Below are positions 19,500-29,573 of a DNA stretch of 33,605 bases, piece by piece (positions within the stretch are counted from its first letter, which is position 1; every line of letters begins with the position of its first letter). Origin of the DNA: Planctomycetota bacterium (lineage in GTDB: Bacteria > Planctomycetota > Planctomycetia > JALXBF01); NCBI GenBank assembly GCA_026991575.1, contig JALXBF010000184.1, positions 1-33,605 of the forward strand. Direction: 5' to 3'. The notes beneath the pieces were generated by a model that made no database searches, had not been told where the DNA came from, and saw only the letters and a program-made list of their open reading frames with translations. A program made the position numbers and the translations under genes.

Positions 19500-19874
19500 A
19501 TGTTCTTCCTGTTCTTCCGCCGCAAGTATCAGAACCTCGTCGCTGTCATGTACGAAGGGCCCGGGCGACTGCGGCTGAATGCCAACCGCAAGGCGGGACG
19601 CGACCTGGAACGCGCCAAGCGGGGCGCGATGGTTTACGAGGGGACCGTTTGCTGGTTCATCATGGACGATTCGGGTCAGTGCCTGGAGCGGGGCGAGGGC
19701 CCGGCGGCCGCACACTTCAGCCGGGAAGAACTCGCGGCGATGCTGCGCCAGTTGCCGCAGCACTCGGCCATGATCGCAGTCATCCGCGAACTGCTCCAGT
19801 ACAACCAGGATAAAGCGTCCAAGATCCTCACCTGGACTCAGCCCGGGCAGAGGGGCTCTGCCGTTCAGGCTTAG
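19500..19874 (+). CDS. Hypothetical protein (124 aa)
   Basis: RBS AAAGGGG before ATG 19500; normal protein-like composition (MFFLFFRRKYQNLVAVMYEGPG...). Confidence 0.7.
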   Translation: MFFLFFRRKYQNLVAVMYEGPGRLRLNANRKAGRDLERAKRGAMVYEGTVCWFIMDDSGQCLERGEGPAAAHFSREELAAMLRQLPQHSAMIAVIRELLQYNQDKASKILTWTQPGQRGSAVQA

Positions 19875-19999
19875 GCCCGAAGCGGTTCGCAACGCGGCCA
19901 GCGACGAGCGTCTGTTTCCCGGCCGGCGGAGCAGCGCGGGACCATCCGCCTGACGGTAGCCTGTGCGTCGAAACACTTCCTCGTGCCCGAACCGCCGGT

Positions 20000-20263
20000 T
20001 CAACGGTTGAGTCGTTGCACCAGCTTGGCCAGCGCCTCCACATCACGGCGGTCAACAATGTGGCGCACCGTTACCTCCGGGACCTGGATCCGCACGAGCA
20101 GGCGCTCGATATTCCTCCAGACCTGATTGGCCTTCTTGCCTTCGGCCAGGTAGGCATCGCTGACCAGTTCGGCCAGCCTTGTGCGCGTGATCGCGTCGAG
20201 GTTCTCGTAATAGCGCCGGATAACCTCAAGCTGGTAGCGCGTGTATTCGCGTTCTTCTGCCAC
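20000..20263 (-). CDS. Small helical hypothetical protein (87 aa)
   Basis: GTG start 1 nt after the upstream stop; sequence YTRYQLEVIRRYYENLDAI..RLAELVSDAYLAEGKK resembles a conserved planctomycete-type hypothetical family (from recollection). Confidence 0.75.
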   Translation of the reverse strand: MAEEREYTRYQLEVIRRYYENLDAITRTRLAELVSDAYLAEGKKANQVWRNIERLLVRIQVPEVTVRHIVDRRDVEALAKLVQRLNR

Positions 20264-20264
20264 G

Positions 20265-21254
20265 CTAGTTCCCTGGTGTCGAGTCGCTGGTTCGTTCGGC
20301 GACCGCTTCCTGAGGCACCATCTCCGAGCGAGCCGAATCCTCCCGGAACGCACCGCGCACGGAATCTTCCGGCTCCTGACGCTTCACGGGTTCCGGGGCG
20401 CGGGCCGAGCTGCTGCCCATCAGTCTCAACAGGCCGTACCACAGCATTTGCCAGAAGCGGACGATCTCGTCTCGGGCACGTTTCAACGCGCGCATCACAC
20501 TGCGGACTGCCCGGTCCTGGAACCGCTCATACGGATCCCAGCGGCCGATGTCTCGGTAGTAGTGCTCGATTGTGCGCACGTCGGCTTTGGTCGTTTCGTC
20601 TGCCGCCTGCCGGTACTGCTCGTGCAAGAAGCCGATTGCTTCCCGGTAGGCTCTGGCCGGTTCGGGAACGCGAAGGAAGATCTCCTCCAGGGCAGCCAGC
20701 AGCGGGTGTTCTTGGAGCCGATGCGGACCTCGGGAAAGCCGCTCTTGAAGCAGATGTTCCATTCGGGAGCGGATGAGCACGTCCTCGCGGTAGCGGCGGA
20801 CGCCGTAGACGACGATCAATGGCAAGAACAGCAGGCCCGCCACGTGGGTTGGCACGATGATGAAGAGCACGACCTGGATGAAGAAGGCCGTCAACAGATT
20901 GCGGCCCACATGCGCACGGTGCTTCATCAGACCGCTGCGGATCACGCCACGCACCGCCTCCAGCGCCCATTCCTGGCCCATGCCCTCCGGCACGACAATC
21001 GTCAGCTCTTCGTCCTCGTCCATGGACACCACCAGCCGGGACAGGCGGATCTGTTCGTGGCCGTGGACGAGGTAGTCATACTCCCGCTTGGCAAAGGCCA
21101 ACGTTGCTTGCAACCCGTCCCAAAGGCGGACCAGGAGATTGCCCGGCTTGCTGTCGGAGCGGTGCCCGCGGCGGCGGCGCGGCCGATGTGCACGCTCCAG
21201 GCAGTAGCGGTAGCGCGGGTCCAGCGGATGGTGTGGCAGGAGATAGATCCTCAT
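20265..21254 (-). CDS. Hypothetical membrane protein with two adjacent TM helices
   Basis: 329-aa ORF between co-oriented genes; hydrophobic hairpin LLTAFFIQVVLFIIVPTHVAGLLFLPLIVVYGV. Confidence 0.75.
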   Translation of the reverse strand: MRIYLLPHHPLDPRYRYCLERAHRPRRRRGHRSDSKPGNLLVRLWDGLQATLAFAKREYDYLVHGHEQIRLSRLVVSMDEDEELTIVVPEGMGQEWALEAVRGVIRSGLMKHRAHVGRNLLTAFFIQVVLFIIVPTHVAGLLFLPLIVVYGVRRYREDVLIRSRMEHLLQERLSRGPHRLQEHPLLAALEEIFLRVPEPARAYREAIGFLHEQYRQAADETTKADVRTIEHYYRDIGRWDPYERFQDRAVRSVMRALKRARDEIVRFWQMLWYGLLRLMGSSSARAPEPVKRQEPEDSVRGAFREDSARSEMVPQEAVAERTSDSTPGN

Positions 21255-21279
21255 GGCTTTCGTCCCGCGCGAGCCCGAC

Positions 21280-22476
21280 TCACGATCTGCCCAGGGTGGT
21301 ACTTAACAGCAAGACCACGGCAGCAATCACTGCCCCGCTAGTATAGGGTAGATTGTGCGCGGGATTGACGGCGTAGAGCAAGTTCCCCACCACCGGTCCG
21401 AGAATGCGGGCCATGGCCGACGCAGACTGGCCGATGCCCAAGACCGTGCCCTGCACCTGCTCACTGCTTCGCCGCGACATGAGTGCCTGCAGCGACGGCG
21501 GCAAAGCTGCATAACCGGTCACCGTCAGCACCGTTGGCACAATCAGGTACAGCCACTTGCCGGTCGACGCGGCCGCGGCCAGACCAGTCAGCCCGACAAT
21601 CAGCAGAACGCATCCAATGGCGATCATCGGCAACTCGTGGATCCTCCTTACCAGCGGTCGGACGATCACGCCCTGGGCGACCGCTAGCGTAAAGCCGACG
21701 GCTGCAAACAGCAGAAACAGCTCGCGGTAGCCAACCCCAAAGACATCCTTCACATACCGCGACAGCGTCGTTTCGAAGTTGGCAAACGCCAGCGTCACCA
21801 AGAACGAGCAGAGCACCAGCCACCGGACGCTCCGGGCCACCTGGCTGCTCCAGAGCACGGACCAGGCGAACCGTTCACGCGCAACGGTGGCTGCCGTCTG
21901 TCGTCGCTGCGGCGGTTCGGGCAACCACGCCAGACCAATCAGAAACGCAAAGCCGGACAACAAGGATGCGGCCAGCCCGGGGCCGACCGGCAAGTGGCCG
22001 GAGCGGACCCATCCGACCGTACCGGCACCTACCAGTGGTCCGAACGTGAAACCAAGGCCGAAGGCCATGCCAAGCAGTGCCATCCGTCCGGCACGAGCCT
22101 CCGGTTCGGTCACGTCTGCGATATAGGCCTGGGCCGTTGGAATGGTGGCACCGGCCACGCCGCCGCCAATGCGTGCCAGAAACATCAAGGTAAGACTGGC
22201 CTCGTGGCTGGCCAGCGCAAAGACGCCGTAGAAGATGCACGACGACGCCAGCCCCATCAGCAGGATGGGCCGGCGTCCGATCCGGTCCGATAGCCTGCCC
22301 CAGACCGGCGCGAACAGGAACTGCATGAACGAGAACGATGCCAGAAGCAGGCCGATGGCCAAATCCGACGCCTGCAACTGGTCCGCGTACACCGGCAACA
22401 GCGGAATGACAATCCCGAAGCCAAGCAGGTCGATGAAAACGGTGAGGAACAAAACCACCAGGGCGCGTCGAGACAT
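21280..22476 (-). CDS. MFS transporter, TetA/DHA1-like
   Basis: Motif A GRLSDRIGRRP, plus TVFIDLLGFGIVIPLLP, AYIAD and GLGFTFGPLVG; 12 hydrophobic segments. Confidence 0.94.
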   Translation of the reverse strand: MSRRALVVLFLTVFIDLLGFGIVIPLLPVYADQLQASDLAIGLLLASFSFMQFLFAPVWGRLSDRIGRRPILLMGLASSCIFYGVFALASHEASLTLMFLARIGGGVAGATIPTAQAYIADVTEPEARAGRMALLGMAFGLGFTFGPLVGAGTVGWVRSGHLPVGPGLAASLLSGFAFLIGLAWLPEPPQRRQTAATVARERFAWSVLWSSQVARSVRWLVLCSFLVTLAFANFETTLSRYVKDVFGVGYRELFLLFAAVGFTLAVAQGVIVRPLVRRIHELPMIAIGCVLLIVGLTGLAAAASTGKWLYLIVPTVLTVTGYAALPPSLQALMSRRSSEQVQGTVLGIGQSASAMARILGPVVGNLLYAVNPAHNLPYTSGAVIAAVVLLLSTTLGRS

Positions 22477-22527
22477 CGGTCCGGTCGCTTCTCCTACGTA
22501 GGGTTTGCGTGACCTTGCGCATGAGCT

Positions 22528-24480
22528 TCAATTGTTCCGCTCGATCCGTACTTCGGCACCGCATGCCCGGTACAACGCCGCCGTGGTCGCGAACGCTTCC
22601 GGCCGATCGGTCACAATCGTCAGTGGTCGCGGGGCAAGCATGCCCAGCGCTTCGGGCACGTCGACGATCCGGAGCACATTCAACAGCTGTGGCCCCTGGC
22701 GGTGAGAGGTTGTCGGGTTGACGACTCGTACGCGTTCCAGTTCCGGCACCAGCAGCGCGGCATAGGCCGACAGCACTCCGTTCGCCCCGCTGCCCGCAAT
22801 GGACCAGCGCGTCACTGCCTCCGGGTGCCGCAGGACGTGATCGGCGACGCGAACAACATCGAGCAAGCGGGTGCCGTCCACCGTTCGCCCCAGCAGGACC
22901 ATTGAGCGACGTACGAAGTAGGGGGCGGGATCTTGCCAGGCCAGCGGTCCGACGCCCCGGGGCACGACGACCAGAAGTGCGGAACCGTCGGCCGTCAGCC
23001 CGCTGACCCAGGCGGGGTATCGCTCTGGAGCGGTCGCCAGGGACTCGTCCGCAATCACGATCCAGCCATGGTTGCTGTCACGCGGGGGCGTATAGCGGAC
23101 GAGCACATGGATGCCCGGCTCGGTCTGGAAAGCTCCTTCGTACGGCTCCGTTCCCAACACTAATGCTGCCGGCGGGCTGTCCGTCCGCACCGGATCGCGG
23201 AAAACAAGCCGCTTCAAGTCTGCGAGCTTCCGGGCACGCCACACCGCGTAGCCGGAAGGATCCGTGGGCAAACGCTCGGACGGTAACCGAATGAACAATT
23301 CATCGATCCTTGTATTGATCTGATCCGCGGGCAGTTCCTCCGGGAACACCCGCAGCAGTTTGCCTTCGATCTTGGGCAGATCGCCTTCCCGGACCGGCTC
23401 GTTGGAGCCTTTCAGGTGCCGGTTGATCCAGCGGTAGGCCATGAGCCGCAACTCGGGCTGGTCACGGTGCGGCCCGGGTACGGTGCCAACGTCGAAGAGT
23501 TCTTCGGGCTTGTCGGTGTAGAGGCGGTAGAGGCGTTCGAGCCGCTGCCGGATCCGTTCATTACCGTCCATTGGAAAGATGCGGTCACGGCCTGAGTTCA
23601 GAAAGAGCATCGGGCGTGGCACGATGAGGGCGGCGATGTAGGTCCAGGGCCAGCGATAGGTGTTGACCAGGAACATGCAATCGCAGTGGCCATTGATGAC
23701 GCGGTTGGCCACGTAGTCTTCCAGGTCGCTCATGCCGCTGACCGGGACCGCCACCTTCAGTCGCTCATCCGCAGCTGCGATCCAGAACGTCGCGGCACCG
23801 CCGCCGGATCGCCCGGTGACCGCGATCCGGTCCGGATCCACGTCGGGGCGGGAGACGAGGTAATCGACTGCCCGAATGCCGTTCCAACATTCGACGCCTG
23901 CCGGCGTGTAGCCCAGCGAGTGCCACCACCATCGGTTGTAGCGGTAGGTGCCGTGGTGGATGCCAGCGATCTCGCCAAGTTGGAGCGTGTCGAGCATCAG
24001 ACAGATGTAGCCATGCTTGGCGAACCAGATGCCGTGGTGTTGGTAAGCCGTCTTGTTACCGTCGCGCCCGCGCCCGGCGTGGCCACACAGGTAGAGCACT
24101 GCGGGCAGGCGCCCTTCGACGTTGCGTGGCCGGTATAGGTTGGCGGTCACGTAGAGCCGGGGCATGCTCTGAAAGTGGATCTTCTCGACGACGAAGTCGT
24201 CGAACTCCAATGTCCCTGTGACGGTTGCCTTTAGCGGGGTGCGGGGCGGCAAGGGCCAGAGCCCGAGCATCTCGAGGTACTGCCGCTTAAGCAGAGGGCG
24301 GATCGCTTCCCAGTCGGCCCGGGACCGTACGTTCTCCAGGAAGCGGCCATCCAGACGGCGGGCCTCGGCGGCCAGGTAGCGGTAGATCGCGCTGTCGTCC
24401 GGCGGCTGCGGTCCGCTCTGGCCGAAAAGCACCGCGGGGCTAAACAGGAGCAGAGCGAAGGCCAGTCGATGGCGGCTCAT
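22528..24480 (-). CDS. Secreted alpha/beta hydrolase (acetyl xylan esterase / dienelactone hydrolase-like)
   Basis: Signal peptide MSRHRLAFALLLFSPAVLFG; LYLCGH; DYLVSRPDVDPDRIAVTGRSGGG nucleophile elbow; second degenerate hydrolase domain at the C-terminus. Confidence 0.88.
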   Translation of the reverse strand: MSRHRLAFALLLFSPAVLFGQSGPQPPDDSAIYRYLAAEARRLDGRFLENVRSRADWEAIRPLLKRQYLEMLGLWPLPPRTPLKATVTGTLEFDDFVVEKIHFQSMPRLYVTANLYRPRNVEGRLPAVLYLCGHAGRGRDGNKTAYQHHGIWFAKHGYICLMLDTLQLGEIAGIHHGTYRYNRWWWHSLGYTPAGVECWNGIRAVDYLVSRPDVDPDRIAVTGRSGGGAATFWIAAADERLKVAVPVSGMSDLEDYVANRVINGHCDCMFLVNTYRWPWTYIAALIVPRPMLFLNSGRDRIFPMDGNERIRQRLERLYRLYTDKPEELFDVGTVPGPHRDQPELRLMAYRWINRHLKGSNEPVREGDLPKIEGKLLRVFPEELPADQINTRIDELFIRLPSERLPTDPSGYAVWRARKLADLKRLVFRDPVRTDSPPAALVLGTEPYEGAFQTEPGIHVLVRYTPPRDSNHGWIVIADESLATAPERYPAWVSGLTADGSALLVVVPRGVGPLAWQDPAPYFVRRSMVLLGRTVDGTRLLDVVRVADHVLRHPEAVTRWSIAGSGANGVLSAYAALLVPELERVRVVNPTTSHRQGPQLLNVLRIVDVPEALGMLAPRPLTIVTDRPEAFATTAALYRACGAEVRIERNN

Positions 24481-24628
24481 GGTGTTCTTCCCACGTTCGA
24501 TGCTGCGTGCACGGCTTGGTGTGCGTCTGGACTCTGTCGGCGGGCCGGGCCGCATGGGCCGCGGGGGTCAGATAGAATACCACGAAGCGTAGACTCCAGG
24601 GCGCAGAACCACCAGGAGGAGGCGTGCG

Positions 24629-24868
24629 ATGAAGGTCAAGATCGTCTTCTGCTCGGTCTGAAACTACGAACCGCGAGCCGTCAGTTTGACGGAAAAGATT
24701 CTGACGACCTTCAAACGGCAGGTCGAAGAGCTGACGCTGGTTCCCAGTGACGGTGGTCGATTCGAGATCTATGTGAATGGCGACCAGATTTACTCCAAGC
24801 TGGAGACCGGCGAGTTCCCGGACGAGGACAGCATCATCGAGCAGCTTCAGGCGAAGCTGCCGGCTTGA
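24629..24868 (+). CDS. Rdx family (SelW/SelT/SelH-like) selenoprotein, 79 aa, CxxU motif
   Basis: RBS AGGAGGAGG then ATG 24629: MKVKIVFCSV-TGA(24659-24661)-NYEPRAVSLTEKIL..LVPSDGGRFEIYVNGDQIYSKLETGEFPDE. The C-x-x-U and GGxFEI..GxFP motifs are typical of Rdx proteins. Confidence 0.95.
24678..24692 (+). promoter_or_regulatory. Putative bacterial SECIS hairpin for the Rdx selenoprotein
   Basis: CCGTCA-GTT-TGACGG perfect stem; the G-initial loop begins 22 nt after the UGA. Confidence 0.7.
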
Positions 24869-24894
24869 GCTCTGGCGTACCAGCGCGCAATCGG

Positions 24895-24941
24895 GCCGAC
24901 CAGCGAAGCGCCCCCGGGAGGCTTCGCCGGTCGGCTTTTTT
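24895..24941 (+). terminator. Rho-independent terminator between the Rdx gene and selD
   Basis: GCCGACCAGCGAAGC...GCTTCGCCGGTCGGC (15-bp stem, one mismatch) followed by TTTTTT. Confidence 0.8.
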
Positions 24942-24997
24942 GTTTCCGCTAGTTCTGGGCAACAACCGGGCTGTTCCGGCATCATGGAGCCGTACCG

Positions 24998-26053
24998 ATG
25001 AGCACCGGTCGTGCTGCAAGACTGACCAACTACGCAAGCTGCGCGGGGTGAGCGGGGAAGTTGCCCGCGGAGGGCACCGCACAGGTTGTGCGGCAGCTAC
25101 CGAAGTTTGACGATCCTAACCTGATTGTCGGCGCCGAGCATTTCAGCGACGCCGGGGTCTACCGGCTCCGGCCTGACCTGGCCATCGTGCAATCGGTCGA
25201 CTTCTTCCCACCGCTGGTGGACGACCCGTTCGTGTTCGGGCAGATTGCTGCGGCCAATTCGATGAGCGATGTTTACGCCTGTGGGGCCCAGCCGCGCACG
25301 GTGCTGAACATCGTCGGCTTTCCGGACACCGAGCTGGAGCTGGCGGTCCTGGAGCAGATCCTGGCCGGGGGGGCCGAGCGGGTCCGTGAGGCTGGCGCGG
25401 TCGTAGTCGGTGGTCACAGCGTGCGGGACAGTGAAGTCAAGTACGGTCTGGCTGTGACCGGCACGGTGCATCCGGACGAGATCTTCACAAACGACGCGGC
25501 TCGACCGGGCGACGTCCTCTACCTGACGAAGCCGCTGGGGACGGGTTTTGTCACCACGGCGAACAAGAAGGGGGCCTGTCCGCCGGAGCTGCTGGATGCT
25601 GCATGCCGCAGCATGATTACGCTGAACGCGGCGGCCAGCCACGCCGCACGGGAGGCGTCGGTGTCGGCCGTGACGGACGTTACCGGCTTTGGGCTCATCG
25701 GACATGCGCTCGAGTTGGCGATGGCCAGCAATGTGACCGTTGTGCTGCGGCTCAACCAGGTTCCTTACTTCGACGGCGTTCTTGACCTGGTCCGGGCTGG
25801 TTTTCGGAACCGGGCCGTCAAGGGGAACCGTGCCTGGGCGGCGCCGCACGCGGAGTTTCAGTGTGAGCCGGACGATCCGTTGCTTGATCTGATCTGTGAC
25901 CCGCAGACCTCCGGTGGTCTGCTGATCAGCGTGCCGCAGCAGCGGGCGGCGCGGTTTGAGCAGGCCGCGCAGCAGGCTGGCGTTGCAACGGTTGCCCGCA
26001 TCGGGCACGTCGAACCGTTCGCCGAAAAATACCTGGTGATCACCGCAAGCTGA
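24998..26053 (+). CDS. selD: Selenide, water dikinase (selenophosphate synthetase), Sec-containing form
   Basis: ATG 24998 after GGAG: MSTGRAARLTNYASCAG-TGA(25049-25051)-AGKLP. The UGA sits at the catalytic Cys/Sec site (LT...G[C/U]xxK). Also DAGVY, VDFF, AANSMSDVYA, GGHS, TDVTGFGLIGH and DPQTSGGLL. Confidence 0.97.
25052..25080 (+). promoter_or_regulatory. Putative SECIS for selD
   Basis: Lower stem GCGG/CCGC, upper stem TGCCC/GGGCA, G-initial loop GCGGA starting 15 nt after the UGA. An alternative fold (GCGGG/CCCGC) is also possible. Confidence 0.6.
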
Positions 26054-26178
26054 ATCGGCCTGCCGCCAAACGCTTCTGCCGCGGCGGCCGCTGCCGGGCG
26101 CGGCAGAAGCACGCAGTGTCCGTCAGACCCGCTGCCGGCGCATCGGTGCTCGATGGCGCAGCGAAGGGCTTTGAGCCG

Positions 26179-28158
26179 ATGTCAGGCGAACAGCGAAGGT
26201 ATTACATCCTGGGCACGGCCGGCCACATTGATCATGGCAAGACCAGCCTCGTGCGCGCGATGACCGGCATCGACACGGACCGGCTGCCCGAGGAGAAGAA
26301 ACGCGGCATCACGATCGACATCGGCTTCGCGCGGCTGGACTTGGGCGATGTGCGGCTCGGTGTCGTGGATGTGCCCGGCCATGAGCGCTTCATCAAGAAC
26401 ATGGTGGCAGGAGCCAGCGGCGTGGACCTGGTGCTGCTGGTCGTTGCCGCCGACGATTCCGTCATGCCCCAAACGCGCGAGCACCTCGAGATCCTGCAGC
26501 TGCTTGGTGTGCGCCACGGTGCCATCGCCCTGACGAAGATCGACCTTGTCGACCGCGACTGGCTCGAGCTCGTCGAGGAAGACGTGCGCAGCCTGGTGGA
26601 AGGTACCTTCCTGGCGGACGCTCCCATCGTGCGCACCTCGGCAGAGACCGGAGAGGGAATCGAGCAACTGAAGGAAACGCTCCGAGCGGTCTGCCACCGC
26701 GTCAGTCGAGAGCGTCGTGACGAGTTCTTCCGCATGGCCGTGGACCGGTCGTTTGCGGTGCAGGGCTACGGCACGGTGGTGACCGGGTCGGTCTGGTCAG
26801 GAGTGCTCCGCGTGGGCGAAGAGGTTGAGTGGCTACCGGCCCAGAAGCGACTGCGCGTACGGAGCCTGCAGAACCACGAGGAGCCGGTGGAGGTGGTGCG
26901 CCGCGGTCAGCGCGCAGCCGTGAACCTGGGCGGTGTGCATCACACCGAGATCCAGCGCGGCCACGAGATCGCAACGCCCGGTCTGCTGCGGCCGTCTCAC
27001 CTGATCAGCGTCGAACTGCGCGTTCTCCGCTCCAGTCCGCTGCCGGTGAAACATCGCCGCCGTGTGCGGTTGCACGTGGGCACGGCAGAGACCATAGCGG
27101 TCGTTTCGCTGCTGGATGCGAACGAATTGCGTCCGGGCGAGGTCGGATTGGCTCAGCTTTTCACCAGCGACCCGGTCGCCGTCAGTTGGGGTCAACCGTT
27201 CGTGGTGCGGGCCGAGAGTCCGCTGGTGACGCTGGGCGGTGGCCGGATCCTGCAGCCGGTGGCCAGGCGAATCAGCCGGAGGCACACGGAGCGGCTCGAG
27301 CGGCTCGAAATGCTACGCAGCGCGGACGTGACCGAGCGGGCTGATGCCGCACTGTGGTTCTACCGGTTCGATCCGTGGACGCCGCTGGATCTGGCGCGCG
27401 ACACGGGTGCGAGTCGATCGGAACTGGACAGTGTGCTCGGCGAGCTGCGCGGTCGAGGCATTCTGCAGGAGCTTCCGCTCCGCCAGCGTAGGACCGTGCT
27501 CGTTCACCGCGACGTGCTCGCTGCCCTGCAACAGCGCCTGCTGCGGGCGGTGGAGGAACTGCATCGTTCGGCGCCGCTGCGGCTCTACCACCCGGCTCAC
27601 CAGGTGCTCAGCCTCGTGCAGGGAGTGGCAGAGGAAGCGGTGCTTCAGGCACTGTTGGAGCGGCTGCTGAAGCAGGGGGAACTCGTCGGCTCGCCGTCCG
27701 CTCTGGCTCGCCGCGGCCACACGCCGAAACTGACCCAGGCCGAGACAAGACTGAAGGAAAGCTTGGTCCAGGAGATCACCGCCAACCGGTTTACACCCCC
27801 TGATCTTGGCGCGCTGGTACGCGCCAGCGGGGCAAAGGAGGAAACGGTGCGCCAGCTTCTGGAGTTGGCCGCAGCCGAGGGGGCGCTGGTGGCGGTCTCC
27901 GAGACGATCTACCTGGCTAGCACCGTGGCCGAGCAGCTGCGCGCCGCGGTCCGCGAAGCACTGGAACGGAAACCTGAAGGCATGACGGTCGCCGAAATCC
28001 GCGACCTGTTGGGAGTCAGCCGCAAGTACGCCGTGCCTTACTGCGAATACCTGGATCGTATCGGACTGACGGAGCGGCGTGGCGATCTCCGTGTGCTCGC
28101 GTCGCCGACAGCAGCCGGGGCAGCCAGCGCAGAAGGGGCTTCGGAGTCGAGCGGCTGA
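26179..28158 (+). CDS. selB: Selenocysteine-specific elongation factor
   Basis: [40 protein letters not shown] and C-terminal winged helix [25 protein letters not shown]. Start at ATG 26179 inferred. Confidence 0.97.
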   Translation: MSGEQRRYYILGTAGHIDHGKTSLVRAMTGIDTDRLPEEKKRGITIDIGFARLDLGDVRLGVVDVPGHERFIKNMVAGASGVDLVLLVVAADDSVMPQTREHLEILQLLGVRHGAIALTKIDLVDRDWLELVEEDVRSLVEGTFLADAPIVRTSAETGEGIEQLKETLRAVCHRVSRERRDEFFRMAVDRSFAVQGYGTVVTGSVWSGVLRVGEEVEWLPAQKRLRVRSLQNHEEPVEVVRRGQRAAVNLGGVHHTEIQRGHEIATPGLLRPSHLISVELRVLRSSPLPVKHRRRVRLHVGTAETIAVVSLLDANELRPGEVGLAQLFTSDPVAVSWGQPFVVRAESPLVTLGGGRILQPVARRISRRHTERLERLEMLRSADVTERADAALWFYRFDPWTPLDLARDTGASRSELDSVLGELRGRGILQELPLRQRRTVLVHRDVLAALQQRLLRAVEELHRSAPLRLYHPAHQVLSLVQGVAEEAVLQALLERLLKQGELVGSPSALARRGHTPKLTQAETRLKESLVQEITANRFTPPDLGALVRASGAKEETVRQLLELAAAEGALVAVSETIYLASTVAEQLRAAVREALERKPEGMTVAEIRDLLGVSRKYAVPYCEYLDRIGLTERRGDLRVLASPTAAGAASAEGASESSG

Positions 28159-29573
28159 TGGACAAACAGGACCAAATCCAACAACTGCTGCGGGCCCTGC
28201 CTTCGGTCGACCGACTGTTGGAGCATCCGAAGGTCCGAGCTCTGCAGGGGGAGCTGGCCCGAGGACTGTTGGTCCGGGCAGTACGGCGCGCGCTGGATCA
28301 GGCTCGCTCTTTGCTACGCGGCGGCGGCGGGGCCTCTGGCGCGGATATCGATGCGCTGCTAGAACGGCTCCTGGATCTGGAGCTTGCTGCCGCGACGCGT
28401 CATCGCCTACGTCCCGTCATCAACGCCACCGGTATCCTACTGCACACCGGTCTGGGCCGCGCTCCACTGGCCGAGAGCGTCGCACGCCACGTCTACGAAG
28501 CAGCCCACAACTACGTCTGCCTGGAGATTGACCTCGACAGCGGCCGCCGCGGCAAGCGTACGGCTCTGGTGCGCGATCTCCTCTGTGAGCTGACCGGGGC
28601 CGAAGCCGCGACGGTGGTGAACAACAACGCAGCGGCGACGGTGATCGTCCTCGCTGCCCTGGCAGCCAACAGGGAGGTCGTCGTCTCGCGCGGGGAGTTG
28701 ATTGAAATCGGCGGCAGCTTCCGGCTACCAGAAATCATGGCCGTCTCTGGCGCCGTGCTTCGCGAGGTCGGTACCACCAATAAGACCCGGCTCGCCGATT
28801 ACGAACGGGCCATCGGCGAACGGACCGCAGCACTGATGAAGGTGCACACGTCCAACTACCGCGTGGTCGGGTTTAGCGAAGCGGTGCCGATCGAGGAGCT
28901 GGTCCGGCTCGGCCGGCGATACGGTCTGCCCGTGATCGACGACATCGGCTCCGGCGCGCTGGTGGACCTGGCTGCCATTGGCCTGGCAGGTGAGCCGGTG
29001 GCGGGACGGTCAGTGAGGGCGGGGGCTGACGTGGTGCTGTTCAGTGGTGACAAGCTCCTGGGGGGGCCTCAGGCGGGCATCATCGTCGGTCGCGCGGCGG
29101 TGATCGAACAGATCGAGCGGCACCCACTAGCGCGCGCGTTCCGCGTCGATAAGCTGACACTCGCTGCGCTGGAGGCCACGCTTCGGCTGTACCTGGACCC
29201 GGACACGGCCTGGCAGCAGGTGCCGGTGCTTGCCATGGCCGCCGCGCCGGAGGCGGTGGTGCGGGCCCGCGCCGAACGGCTCCGAACACAACTGGCCGAG
29301 CTGCCCGGGGTAAACGAGCTACTGATGCGACCAGACCAGGCTTATGTTGGTGGCGGTTCGCTGCCGATGCAGGCGATCAAGACCTGGGTTGTGGGCGTGC
29401 GGTCGACCGGACTCAGCGAGCAAGAGCTGGCCCGCCGCCTACGCACCGGCGACCCGGCGGTTGTGCCGCGTGTGCAAGATGGCCTGGTGCTGTTCGATGC
29501 CCGTACGGTGCGTGACGATCAGGTAGCGTCGGTTGTCCGGGCCGTGGCGGCGGCGCTGGCATCGGACGGTTAA
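28158..29573 (+). CDS. selA: L-seryl-tRNA(Sec) selenium transferase
   Basis: VINATGILLHTGLGRAPL, VNNNAAA, SRGELIEIGGSFRLP, EVGTTNKT and PLP motif FSGDKLLGGPQAG; start overlaps the selB stop (TGATG). Confidence 0.98.
   Translation: MDKQDQIQQLLRALPSVDRLLEHPKVRALQGELARGLLVRAVRRALDQARSLLRGGGGASGADIDALLERLLDLELAAATRHRLRPVINATGILLHTGLGRAPLAESVARHVYEAAHNYVCLEIDLDSGRRGKRTALVRDLLCELTGAEAATVVNNNAAATVIVLAALAANREVVVSRGELIEIGGSFRLPEIMAVSGAVLREVGTTNKTRLADYERAIGERTAALMKVHTSNYRVVGFSEAVPIEELVRLGRRYGLPVIDDIGSGALVDLAAIGLAGEPVAGRSVRAGADVVLFSGDKLLGGPQAGIIVGRAAVIEQIERHPLARAFRVDKLTLAALEATLRLYLDPDTAWQQVPVLAMAAAPEAVVRARAERLRTQLAELPGVNELLMRPDQAYVGGGSLPMQAIKTWVVGVRSTGLSEQELARRLRTGDPAVVPRVQDGLVLFDARTVRDDQVASVVRAVAAALASDG

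Noticed and set aside
24866..24952. Read-through of the Rdx terminal UGA to give an Rdx-SelD fusion
   Set aside because: The frame hits TAG at 24950-24952, before selD, and crosses the terminator.
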